From positions 1-45,092 of the forward strand of contig SDNW01000004.1 of NCBI GenBank assembly GCA_004524725.1: a stretch of DNA of 45,092 nucleotides, written 5' to 3'. Source of the DNA: Promethearchaeota archaeon. Its GTDB lineage: Archaea > Asgardarchaeota > Lokiarchaeia > Sigyniarchaeales > SOKP01. Below, piece after piece: positions 9,735 through 18,508 of the stretch (within the stretch, counting starts at the first letter, position 1; each line of letters opens with the position of its first letter). The notes beneath the pieces were generated by a model, which searched no databases, was not told where the DNA came from, and saw only the letters and a program-made list of their open reading frames with translations. Position numbers and translations under genes: made by a program.

Positions 9735-10909
9735 TACTTAGCCACCTCCTTTATAACTTTTAAAATATCGTCTGGATGATGAAACTCACATACTTTAGGT
9801 ATCTTTATGATAGGGATTTCCAGTTTTGTGACTCGTTCGACTTGTTCTGCAATATAACCAGTATAATTTAATTCTGGGACGATTATTGCTTTTGCATCCT
9901 TTACTACATCCATGACTTCTTCATCTGGGAATGGCCAAACAGTGACTAAACGAAAGATACCCACTTTGAAACCTTCCTTTCTAGCAATATCTACAGCGCG
10001 ATAACTTGCCCTAACGGGTAAACCATAAGCAATAATTATAATGTCAGCATCCTTTAGCTTATAAGATTCCGTTATACAAATCTTATCCTTATTTTTGTTA
10101 ATTTTATCCATAATTGCTTCCATAAACTGCATAGGTTTAGGGGTAGGGAGTCCTTCATAATTATGTGGTTGATGAAGTAATAAACCCGGACAATAATCAG
10201 TCCCCATTTGAGGAGGTTTAGGAATTACATATTTGCCCGTATTATCGTCTTTATAAGTGAATTTTTTAATATATTCATCTGGGGGTGGCAATTCTCTCTG
10301 AATGACTCTATCTAAAATTTTTTCTTTAGGAGGTATAGTAACGACTTCATGTAGATGACCTAAGTAAGCATCTGAAAGAATAAATACGGGACATCTGTAC
10401 AATTCGGCAAAATTAAATGCTGTAATTGTTAGATCAAAAAGTTCCTGGCAAGACATAGGTGCCAATGCTATAACTTGAAATTCTCCATTACCAGAAAATC
10501 TTACTAATCCAATATCATTATGATGCGGTTCTGTGACAAATCCAGTTCCGGGGCCATTTCTCTGGACATCACAAAATACAAACGGAACTTCTAAATTTGC
10601 TGCCATCGAAATAGTCTCCACCATTAACGAAAGACCTGGCCCAGAAGTTGCAGTCATGGATTTAGCACCCACCAAAGAAGCTCCTATTACCGAATTTATT
10701 GATGCAAGCTCATCTTCCATTTGCATACAAACACCCCCTACTTGAGGCATTCTCACTGCTAAATGCTCAATAACCTCTGTACTAGGAGTTATCGGATATC
10801 CTCCAAAATAATTCAACCCTGCCGATAATGCTCCTTCTGACATTGCAACATTACCCATCATTAAATGCTTACCTGGGGATAAAAACCTTTTTGAATTTAT
10901 TTTACTCAT
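9734..10909 (-). CDS. korA: 2-oxoacid:ferredoxin oxidoreductase alpha subunit
   Basis: GNVAMSEGA, GYPITPSTE, MEDELAS, TATSGPG, QRNGPGTG; 1-nt overlap with beta. Confidence 0.93.
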   Translation of the reverse strand: MSKINSKRFLSPGKHLMMGNVAMSEGALSAGLNYFGGYPITPSTEVIEHLAVRMPQVGGVCMQMEDELASINSVIGASLVGAKSMTATSGPGLSLMVETISMAANLEVPFVFCDVQRNGPGTGFVTEPHHNDIGLVRFSGNGEFQVIALAPMSCQELFDLTITAFNFAELYRCPVFILSDAYLGHLHEVVTIPPKEKILDRVIQRELPPPDEYIKKFTYKDDNTGKYVIPKPPQMGTDYCPGLLLHQPHNYEGLPTPKPMQFMEAIMDKINKNKDKICITESYKLKDADIIIIAYGLPVRASYRAVDIARKEGFKVGIFRLVTVWPFPDEEVMDVVKDAKAIIVPELNYTGYIAEQVERVTKLEIPIIKIPKVCEFHHPDDILKVIKEVAK

Positions 10910-10922
10910 GTTTTACACCTCA

Positions 10923-11189
10923 TTAAGTTATAGCTTTTTCAGTTGATTGTTCTTTCTCATTTATAATATATATACACCATTCAGGGCATGCAAATTCACA
11001 CCTTCTACAAGCAGTACAATATTTTTCCTTTCCCTTTTTAATCTGGGGAAGATATGCTACTCTCATATTTAACTCATCACCTGGTTCTAAGATACCTGTG
11101 GGACATACAGCAATACAATTATAGCACTGATCTCCACCACATCTGTTTTTATTGAGAAATAATGAGAATTTTTTTTCTTTATTTTCAAT
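10923..11189 (-). CDS. korD: 2x[4Fe-4S] ferredoxin, 2-oxoacid:ferredoxin oxidoreductase delta subunit (start uncertain; missed by ORF track)
   Basis: Manual translation: IENKEKKFSLFLNKNRCGGDQCYNCIAVCPTGILE...YCTACRRCEFACPEWCIYI...AIT*. Stop is 13 nt upstream of korA. No in-frame ATG/GTG/TTG before the first cluster motif. Confidence 0.85.
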   Translation of the reverse strand: MENKEKKFSLFLNKNRCGGDQCYNCIAVCPTGILEPGDELNMRVAYLPQIKKGKEKYCTACRRCEFACPEWCIYIINEKEQSTEKAIT

Positions 11190-11349
11190 TAGTTTTGGAA
11201 TTTTAATATCAACTCAAATGATTTTATCAAATTGAAAAAATATATCTACAATAATAAATTTCCATCTAAATCAAAATAAGTATTTCCTATACAAGTATTA
11301 ATTTGAATAAAATATAACCTTTTTTTTTAGTTAAACAAATATACTAATC

Positions 11350-12093
11350 ATGACGAAATTAATTTTTTTAGGTTGCCTTTCAAGATCTAAGTATGGAGAA
11401 ACTTGCGATAATGCAATCAAAATCATTAAATTTCTCGATGAAGATTACCAGACACTGGATAATCCTCTTTGTTGTGGTGCTTTAGCCCATCAAATTGCCC
11501 CCAAAGAAGAGATAATAGACTATGTCAAATTGGTAAACAATTGGTTAAAAAAAAATAATGTAACTCATTTAGTAACTATATGTGCTGGTTGTTACAATTA
11601 TCTTACACGATATTACCCAGAATATTTAGGAAAAGAGTTTAAAGTAGATGTAATGCATTTACTACAGTTGCTGAATAAGCCTGAAAATTTAGAAAAGTTA
11701 AACTTAAAATATGACGGTAAAAAGTTAAAAATATATTATCATGATGCCTGCCATTTGAGAAACGCAAAACCTCCAATTATAGAAGAACCAAGAGAAATTA
11801 TTAATTCAATTGAAGGAAATATTGTATTTGGAGAAATGGAAAATAATAGATTAAATTCATTGTGTTGTGGGGCTGGAGGGGGAGTATATTCAACTTATAA
11901 GGAAAATAGTGACTTTAGTTCTAAATTAATTTTTAATCAAATGAGAATGTCTAAAGCATTATTAACAGCTTGTCCATTTTGTTATACCTCATTTATCAGA
12001 ATCAAGACAGAGAATAATATTAAAACGCCCGTAATTAAATTTGAAGATTTTATAGTAAAGTTAATGGAAGGAGTTGACCCAATAAATGTCTGA
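11350..12093 (+). CDS. CCG-domain Fe-S protein (LutA/LldE/GlcF-like)
   Basis: Two CCG motifs (LCCGA, LCCGAGGG), CAGC, YHDACHL, TACPFC. Confidence 0.88.
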   Translation: MTKLIFLGCLSRSKYGETCDNAIKIIKFLDEDYQTLDNPLCCGALAHQIAPKEEIIDYVKLVNNWLKKNNVTHLVTICAGCYNYLTRYYPEYLGKEFKVDVMHLLQLLNKPENLEKLNLKYDGKKLKIYYHDACHLRNAKPPIIEEPREIINSIEGNIVFGEMENNRLNSLCCGAGGGVYSTYKENSDFSSKLIFNQMRMSKALLTACPFCYTSFIRIKTENNIKTPVIKFEDFIVKLMEGVDPINV

Positions 12094-13390
12094 AAAAGGA
12101 TTAGAATTATATAATAGGATTAAAGATAAATTAGATGAATTACAGAGTGAGGATTCTGCTTATGCGCAATTTAATGAAATCTGGAAATTAGCTTGTTCTG
12201 CTAAATACAAATCATATGATTTAAGACATTTTTATGAAGATACAAGTAGGGAATTTGTAGATGAACATCGAGAAAATTTGATAAAAATGAAAGAGGATTT
12301 CATTAATAATATAGATGAATATGTAGAAAAATGCCTTCGTGTAATGGAAAAAACCAATCATTTTAAAGTGTATTATGCGAAAAACAACGATGAAGCTCAA
12401 AAAATCTTTATGGAAGAGTTAGGGGATAATAAAGTTATATACAAATCTAAGTCTTTAGAAGCAAAAGATGCAGGAATCATAGATACTCTAAAAAAGAATA
12501 ATATTGTTATTAAGGAAACTGATTTAGGAGATGTCCTCTGTCAATTATTAGAATATGATTATCCAAGTTTCACTTTAGGTCCTGGAATCCAATTTACAAC
12601 TAATGAAATTATCGCTAAGATAAAAGAAAAGTATAATGTTGAAATCGAACCCGAAGCTGAAGCGATTGTTGATTATTATAGAAAAACTTATCGTAAAGAA
12701 TTACTTAATGATATAAAAGTATCATTAACTTCTGCAAATGCTATATCAGCTCACGATGGGTCAATAGTTTTGGTAGAAAATGAAGGAAACATTAGTATAA
12801 TTACGAGAGCAACTGAAAAACATATAATTGTAGCCGGTATTCAAAGAATTGTTCCCAATGTCTTTGATGCTCTGCTTTGTGCAAAAATACAAGAAAGAAT
12901 CATAAATGTTGATGGGGCTTATATTAGTCTTATTTCTGCCCCATCCAATACTTCTGATGTTCAAGGTCATCGAGTATTTGGAATGTATGGAGCCAAAGAA
13001 GTAATTGTAATTCTTGTTGATGATTGGCGTATGAAAGCCGTCAAAGAAGACCTTTTTTATAAGGATATGCTGAAATGTATTGGATGTAAAAGTTGTGATC
13101 TTGTATGTACTGCCTCGAGAGCATTTGGAAATATTTATGCATCAAAATATGGTATTGGTGGTATCAATATTGTGCGTGATTATATTCATAATGGAATAGA
13201 AGCAGCAGTTGCAGATGGTTTATTTCTTTGTACTGGATGTGAAAATTGTACGAATTGGTGTCCTACGGGTGTTGATTTAGCTGAGATGATAAGACAATTA
13301 AAGAGAATAGCAACCGAAAACCATTTGTGTCCACCTTCTTTAGAGCAGTATAAGGATAAAATAATTAATGAGAAGAATCCGTTTAAGTAA
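12086..13390 (+). CDS. LUD-domain 4Fe-4S protein (LutB/LldF-like lactate utilization protein)
   Basis: KSKS, ETDLG, SANAI, ENEGN, C-terminal CIGCKSCDLVC and CTGCENCTNWCP; overlaps the upstream CCG gene. Confidence 0.88.
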   Translation: MSEKGLELYNRIKDKLDELQSEDSAYAQFNEIWKLACSAKYKSYDLRHFYEDTSREFVDEHRENLIKMKEDFINNIDEYVEKCLRVMEKTNHFKVYYAKNNDEAQKIFMEELGDNKVIYKSKSLEAKDAGIIDTLKKNNIVIKETDLGDVLCQLLEYDYPSFTLGPGIQFTTNEIIAKIKEKYNVEIEPEAEAIVDYYRKTYRKELLNDIKVSLTSANAISAHDGSIVLVENEGNISIITRATEKHIIVAGIQRIVPNVFDALLCAKIQERIINVDGAYISLISAPSNTSDVQGHRVFGMYGAKEVIVILVDDWRMKAVKEDLFYKDMLKCIGCKSCDLVCTASRAFGNIYASKYGIGGINIVRDYIHNGIEAAVADGLFLCTGCENCTNWCPTGVDLAEMIRQLKRIATENHLCPPSLEQYKDKIINEKNPFK

Positions 13391-13402
13391 AAATCCTAAA
13401 AT

Positions 13403-14587
13403 TTAAGAACGAAATATCTGGAATGGAGCTGCCGTGCATCTCCATATAGCTATATCTTCAAAACCAAGTATTTCTGCCTTGGTTTTTCCTCCATTACATG
13501 TTTCCTTGAGCTTTCGCCATAATGTATCAGCAATAACCTTAATGTCTTTATTTTCAGTAATAATTTTACTCGCATCTACATCAATATTGCTTGCCATCCA
13601 ATCACATGTTTTTGGATTGCCGCAAATTTTAATTACTGGAGTTACGGGATTACCACATGGACTACCACGACCAGTGGTCATGATTATGGCTTGAGCACCT
13701 GCAGCAGCCAAGCCAGTCATAGATTCAACGTCCAAACCAGGTTCTATCATCAACCATAATCCTTTTCCTTTAGGGGCTTCAGAATATTTTAAAACTCCCA
13801 TGATAGGAGCTTTTCCTGCTTTAGCAATTGTCCCTAAAGATTTTTCTTCAATTGTAGTTAATCCGCCCTCAATATTTCCCGGGGTTGGTTGTATTCCTCT
13901 AAAATCTATTCCAGTTTTCATTGTATTTTCTAAGAAATTATTTAGTGTTAAATGTATTTTATCAGCGACTTTCTTATTTGTAGCTCTCTGTATCAATAAG
14001 TGCTCAGTTCCAATCCACTCGGTGAATTCAGGTAGTATTGAAGTCCCTCCTAATTCGATGATTTTATCTGAAATTATTCCCACTGTAGGATTTGCTGTAA
14101 TTCCAGAAATTGAATCAGAGCCTCCGCATTCTAATCCCAATATTAAATTTGAAAAATCAAACGGTTCTTGCTGTAGTTCTTTAGCCTCATTAGCCAACAT
14201 TTTTCCTATTTTTATTCCCTTTTCCACTGCGGCTTTGGAACCTCCTTTAACGTCCTGCATATTAAAAAATTCAACTGGTTTTTTCGCTCTTTTAATATTA
14301 TTAGCGATTAGTTTACTAGTTAAGTTCTCGCAGCCTAAACCTACGACTATGACACCATAAATATTTGGATTACTGCCTAACCCTACCAATGTCCTCAGAG
14401 TATAAGAAAAATCCGGTCCAAATTGACCGCAACCTAGGGGATGAGTTATAGCAACACTATTTTCAATTTCTTTTGCAATCTGTTCGGCGATATGGTTAAC
14501 ACAAACTACAGATGAGATAATTGCGATTTTGTTTCTAATACCTACTTTACCTTTTGCTCTTTGATAACCTAAAAATTCCTCGCTCAT
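13403..14587 (-). CDS. UxaA/GarD/SuyB family dehydratase or sulfo-lyase, large subunit
   Basis: GYQR..GKVGIRN, SVVC, HPLGCG, GLGCE, ECGGSD..SGITANP, PTPGNIEGGLTTIEEKSLG, TTGRG. Confidence 0.92.
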   Translation of the reverse strand: MSEEFLGYQRAKGKVGIRNKIAIISSVVCVNHIAEQIAKEIENSVAITHPLGCGQFGPDFSYTLRTLVGLGSNPNIYGVIVVGLGCENLTSKLIANNIKRAKKPVEFFNMQDVKGGSKAAVEKGIKIGKMLANEAKELQQEPFDFSNLILGLECGGSDSISGITANPTVGIISDKIIELGGTSILPEFTEWIGTEHLLIQRATNKKVADKIHLTLNNFLENTMKTGIDFRGIQPTPGNIEGGLTTIEEKSLGTIAKAGKAPIMGVLKYSEAPKGKGLWLMIEPGLDVESMTGLAAAGAQAIIMTTGRGSPCGNPVTPVIKICGNPKTCDWMASNIDVDASKIITENKDIKVIADTLWRKLKETCNGGKTKAEILGFEDIAIWRCTAAPFQIFRS

Positions 14588-14871
14588 TTATCAATTACCT
14601 CAAGATAGTGGCTTCTAATATTATGTGTGTGAATCCAATCCCCCATTTTAATATCTTTTGTAGCAATTCCAATTATCTCTCCATACTTTTTTATTATATC
14701 TCCTTCATGTATATCCTTTACAGCAAACTTATGTCCCATTGGAATTTCTTGGTTTATCGTTATAATTTTATCGTTTATATTGATTTCTTGTTCTTTTGAG
14801 ATATTTTCAAGTGCGGTTGCACAGTTATCTTTTGGGCTCATTAGTATGAATCCTTCGTTTTTTATCCCCAT
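14584..14871 (-). CDS. UxaA/SuyA family SAF-domain small subunit
   Basis: DNCATAL, IPMGHKFA, IIKKYGEIIG.A, GDWIHTHN; ATGA overlap with large subunit. Confidence 0.92.
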   Translation of the reverse strand: MGIKNEGFILMSPKDNCATALENISKEQEININDKIITINQEIPMGHKFAVKDIHEGDIIKKYGEIIGIATKDIKMGDWIHTHNIRSHYLEVIDK

Positions 14872-15051
14872 TTTAACTCATTTAAATCTTTGTTTTCAAA
14901 AATAATAATGAGTTTATTATTAATAATCATAGCATAATTTGAAATTCTCTAAGTAAATCATTAACATAAATCAATAACAAAATAGAAAACAATATTTGGA
15001 TGAATTCTTTTACATATATAATTAGATTATACTTTTGAGCTTAGTGATTAT

Positions 15052-16398
15052 ATGCCAAAATTTTCGAAAGATCCCTTGAGAGGAATGGAAGATTTTTATC
15101 CCGAAGATTTACGGGAAATGAATTGGATCATTGACAATATTCGAGACATAGCAGAAGTTTATGGGTATGAGGCGTTTGAAAGCCCACAATTGGAACCGAT
15201 TGAGATTTTTGCTGCAAAATCATCAGATGAGCTCGTAAATGAGCAGTCATTTATTGTAGAAAAAAAGGAAGGAGAGCGACTCATCCTTATACCCGAACTC
15301 ACACCAAGCTTAGCCAGGATGATTGCAAAAAAAAACCAAGAATTAAAAAAACCAATACGCTGGTATTCCGTTCCCATTTGTTTCCGATATGAACGCCCTC
15401 AAAGAGGTCGTCGTAGACAGTTTAAACAAATCAATTTTGACATTTTAGGGGAAGATAGTCTATATGGAGATTTAGAGATCTTTAACATTGTTGTTGACAT
15501 CTTTACTAAATTTGGAGCAACAGCAAAACAGTTTCAAATCTATTATAATAATCGGCGATTTATCGATGCTGTTTGTCAAATGATTTTAAAAGTTCAACAG
15601 AATAAGTTAGCTTTGATTTATAAAGCGCTCGATAAAGCAGAAAAAATGGATGAGAATGAATATGAAGATTATATTTCAGAACTCTTCCAAGATAATTCGA
15701 TTATTCAAGGAATATTAAGATTAAAGAAATCCGATTCAATCGAAGATTTATTAAAGAATTTTGACAATATACCTGATAATTTTTATAATTCTGAGGGTTA
15801 TAAAGAACTGAAAGAATTTGAAAGGCTCTTAGAAGAAGCAAATCTTTCAGAATTCTGTACATTTTCCTCTGGTGTTGTTAGAGGTCTTGATTATTATACC
15901 GGAATCGTTTATGAAGTGTATGATACTGGTACAGAAAACACGAGAAGTATTTTTGGAGGAGGAAGATATGATGATTTACTCTCACTTTTTTCCGATGAAC
16001 AGATCTCCGGAACGGGATTTGGTTTAGGATTGGTGATGTTTTCTCTGTTCTTAGAAACATATAAATTAATCCCCCAAGAAATTCGAGAGAGAGATTATTC
16101 AGATACAATCTATATTGCTGGAATAAAAGAGAATGTAAGTGCTTACACACTTCAATTAGCTCAAAAAATACGTGCGGAAGATTTTCCATGCATCATTGAT
16201 TATCGATTTAGTAATTTAAAGAACCAGCTTAGTAAAGCTAACGAACTTGGTAATATAATTACATTGATTATCGGTCCTAATGAAATGAAAGAAAAAAAAG
16301 TAACAATACGAAATATGATCAGTGAAGAACAGATCACAGTTGATAAAGAACACATAATTGATGAAATCTATAAAATTATCGATGAGTATGGAAATTGA
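15052..16398 (+). CDS. hisS: Histidine--tRNA ligase
   Basis: RGMEDFYP, PELTPSLAR, FRYERPQRGR, RGLDYYTG, GGGRYD, C-terminal anticodon-binding domain. Confidence 0.95.
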   Translation: MPKFSKDPLRGMEDFYPEDLREMNWIIDNIRDIAEVYGYEAFESPQLEPIEIFAAKSSDELVNEQSFIVEKKEGERLILIPELTPSLARMIAKKNQELKKPIRWYSVPICFRYERPQRGRRRQFKQINFDILGEDSLYGDLEIFNIVVDIFTKFGATAKQFQIYYNNRRFIDAVCQMILKVQQNKLALIYKALDKAEKMDENEYEDYISELFQDNSIIQGILRLKKSDSIEDLLKNFDNIPDNFYNSEGYKELKEFERLLEEANLSEFCTFSSGVVRGLDYYTGIVYEVYDTGTENTRSIFGGGRYDDLLSLFSDEQISGTGFGLGLVMFSLFLETYKLIPQEIRERDYSDTIYIAGIKENVSAYTLQLAQKIRAEDFPCIIDYRFSNLKNQLSKANELGNIITLIIGPNEMKEKKVTIRNMISEEQITVDKEHIIDEIYKIIDEYGN

Positions 16399-16444
16399 AT
16401 GCTTAAGTCCTAATTTATTGACCTATCATCGAGGAGCTTAACAG

Positions 16445-16873
16445 ATGTCCAAAAATTATGAAGAAAAATTATTTCCAATCAGCATTAATCCGAATTTCTG
16501 TATTCGATGTGAAAAATGTTCTTACTCGTGCCCATCTAAAGCGATTTTCTTTCGAGACACCCTCCGTTATGTAGATTATGATAAATGTAAAGGATGCTTA
16601 AAATGTGTTGAGGTTTGTGAACATGGAGCGATTGAAGTTATTTCTATTGAAGAAGGGACCCTAAAAGGATTTACTATTGATCCAGAAAAATGTACCCTTT
16701 GTAAAGCGTGTTTGAAAGAGAAATTTTGTTTTCTTCAGCTTTTTAAAATCGAAGAAGATAGGGATGGAAAAGAATATATCTCGTTTCGAAAGGATAGTCT
16801 TTCTGAATGCTTTAAATGTTTGAAGTGTTTTAAATCCTGCCCTACAAATGCTATTATCCCTGAAATAGAATAA
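16445..16873 (+). CDS. Polyferredoxin (up to four 4Fe-4S motifs)
   Basis: CIRCEKCSYSCP, CKGCLKCVEVCE, CTLCKAC..C, CFKCLKCFKSCP. Confidence 0.9.
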   Translation: MSKNYEEKLFPISINPNFCIRCEKCSYSCPSKAIFFRDTLRYVDYDKCKGCLKCVEVCEHGAIEVISIEEGTLKGFTIDPEKCTLCKACLKEKFCFLQLFKIEEDRDGKEYISFRKDSLSECFKCLKCFKSCPTNAIIPEIE

Positions 16874-16948
16874 TATTTCATGTAAATGGTAATAATTATT
16901 ATACACGGAATTAATTATTTTATAATAAAAATAGATATTTTTTTTACT

Positions 16949-17872
16949 ATGTATTTTGTTGAGCGATTGATTCAGCGTATTAAAGAGAAACAAAGCGTAA
17001 TATGTATGGGTCTTGATCCAAGGATGGATAATCGGGGTGAAATCCCTCAATATCTCATTAATCAATACGAGGATTCAAATACAATTATTTTAGAATTTAA
17101 TAAGCAGTTAATTGAATCTTGCCATGAATTAATCCCCATCGTGAAACCCCAAATTGCATTCTACGAAAAATATGATGCACTCAAAGCATTAAAGGAAACT
17201 ATCAAATATGCCCATAAACATGATCTCGAAGTAATACTCGATTCAAAACGTAATGATATAGGAACTACATCCGCGGCATACGCATATTCTACTTTCAATA
17301 TATATGGTGCTGATGCATGTACATTAAATGGGTATTTAGGATATGACAGTATAAAACCATATATAGATGGCTATAAAGAAAAAGGCTTATTTGTATTAGT
17401 AAAAACTTCCAATCCTAGTAGTAATGAATTTCAAAACTTATTTAGTGTGCGTATAGACAAAATCAATGGACCAGAAACAAGTATTAAGATAGAAAATATA
17501 GAATTAGAACGTAATTATGTCCATATGGCTAAATTAGTAAGAAAATGGTCAGAAAATTTAAATATCTTCTCAAATTACCATAACTTAGGTATCGTAGTAG
17601 GAGCTACCTTCCCTAATGAATTAAAAAGTATTAGGGAATTACTTAAACACTCTTTTATTCTGATCCCGGGTTATGGACACCAAGGCGCTCACGCTAAAGA
17701 TATTAAAAGTGGTTTCTTCTCTGATGGGTTAGGTGGAATTGTAAATGCTGCACGATCAATTATATATGCCTATCATAAGAATCCTAAATTTAGCCCTGAA
17801 AAGTTTGCATTCGCGGCTCGTGAAGAGATTATTCAAATGAACAAAAACATTAATCGAGAAATTAATCTTTAG
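16949..17872 (+). CDS. pyrF: Orotidine-5'-phosphate decarboxylase (likely start ATG 16949 rather than 16886)
   Basis: GLDP, KPQIAFYE, LDSKRNDIG (DxKxxDI), LVKTSNP, VVGAT, LIPGYGHQG, NAARSIIYA. Confidence 0.93.
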   Translation: MYFVERLIQRIKEKQSVICMGLDPRMDNRGEIPQYLINQYEDSNTIILEFNKQLIESCHELIPIVKPQIAFYEKYDALKALKETIKYAHKHDLEVILDSKRNDIGTTSAAYAYSTFNIYGADACTLNGYLGYDSIKPYIDGYKEKGLFVLVKTSNPSSNEFQNLFSVRIDKINGPETSIKIENIELERNYVHMAKLVRKWSENLNIFSNYHNLGIVVGATFPNELKSIRELLKHSFILIPGYGHQGAHAKDIKSGFFSDGLGGIVNAARSIIYAYHKNPKFSPEKFAFAAREEIIQMNKNINREINL

Positions 17873-17880
17873 GAGCCAAA

Positions 17881-18297
17881 CTATAAACGCGATAAATATT
17901 GAATTAAAAATGACATTGCAAATATGATTGGCACCAAAATTATTAATGAAACAAAGAATGATCGTTTAAAACCAATTTTATGAATAACATTAATAAGATT
18001 AAAATCTAAAAATACTGACCCCACAATCGCTAAAATTATAAATCCAACCGGTGGTCCCTCAGAAAAGGCCCCTGCAAAGCCAAGTATCAGCATAGGAGAA
18101 CTAATGAAAAAAATTGCTCCAAATTGGATAAGAAAACTAATCCCAACCCATTTTATTTTTCGGCGATATTCTGCTTTAGTTAGTATTAAACCAAGTTTTA
18201 ATAAAAATATATCAGCTATAATTAAAACTACACTTATAATAATCTCTTGGTACTCACCTAACGATCCTATACCCATTTGAAGTATATTAAAAAACAT
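17881..18297 (-). CDS. Hypothetical 4-TM membrane protein (ORF extends to TTG 18333; ATG 18297 more likely)
   Basis: Four hydrophobic stretches; fills the gap between pyrF and hdrA. Confidence 0.7.
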   Translation of the reverse strand: MFFNILQMGIGSLGEYQEIIISVVLIIADIFLLKLGLILTKAEYRRKIKWVGISFLIQFGAIFFISSPMLILGFAGAFSEGPPVGFIILAIVGSVFLDFNLINVIHKIGFKRSFFVSLIILVPIIFAMSFLIQYLSRL

Positions 18298-18508
18298 ATG
18301 ATATCCTTTTTCTCGAGTTATTCCAATTAACAATCAATCTTAAATTATTTTTTAAATAATCTAAGATATAAAAACAATATAATAGAATTTTGATTTAAAG
18401 TTAATTTTTTAGAAAGAAATTACTTTAATCTGATATAATTGAAAGAATTATAATATTTTTCAATAACAAACGGAGGATAATAATCAAATTCAAAAGGATT
18501 GATATGCA

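Noticed and set aside
11214-11216. Upstream in-frame TGA of korD as another Sec codon
   Set aside because: Not at a Cys-motif position, the upstream sequence is AT-rich intergenic, and no SECIS-like hairpin was seen for this operon
14901-14921. Inverted repeat AATAATAA-N5-TTATTATT in the uxaA/hisS divergent region
   Set aside because: Purely A/T in a very AT-rich spacer; expected by chance
16010-16050. HisS motif 3 lacks the usual Arg (GFGLGLVMF), suggesting HisZ or an inactive enzyme
   Set aside because: A known HisRS subtype has GFGxGD-type motif 3 without Arg; the histidine-binding motifs and anticodon domain are intact
16886-16948. N-terminal extension of PyrF in the ORF track
   Set aside because: Low-complexity AT-rich sequence resembling a promoter or spacer; homology-like sequence starts at ATG 16949
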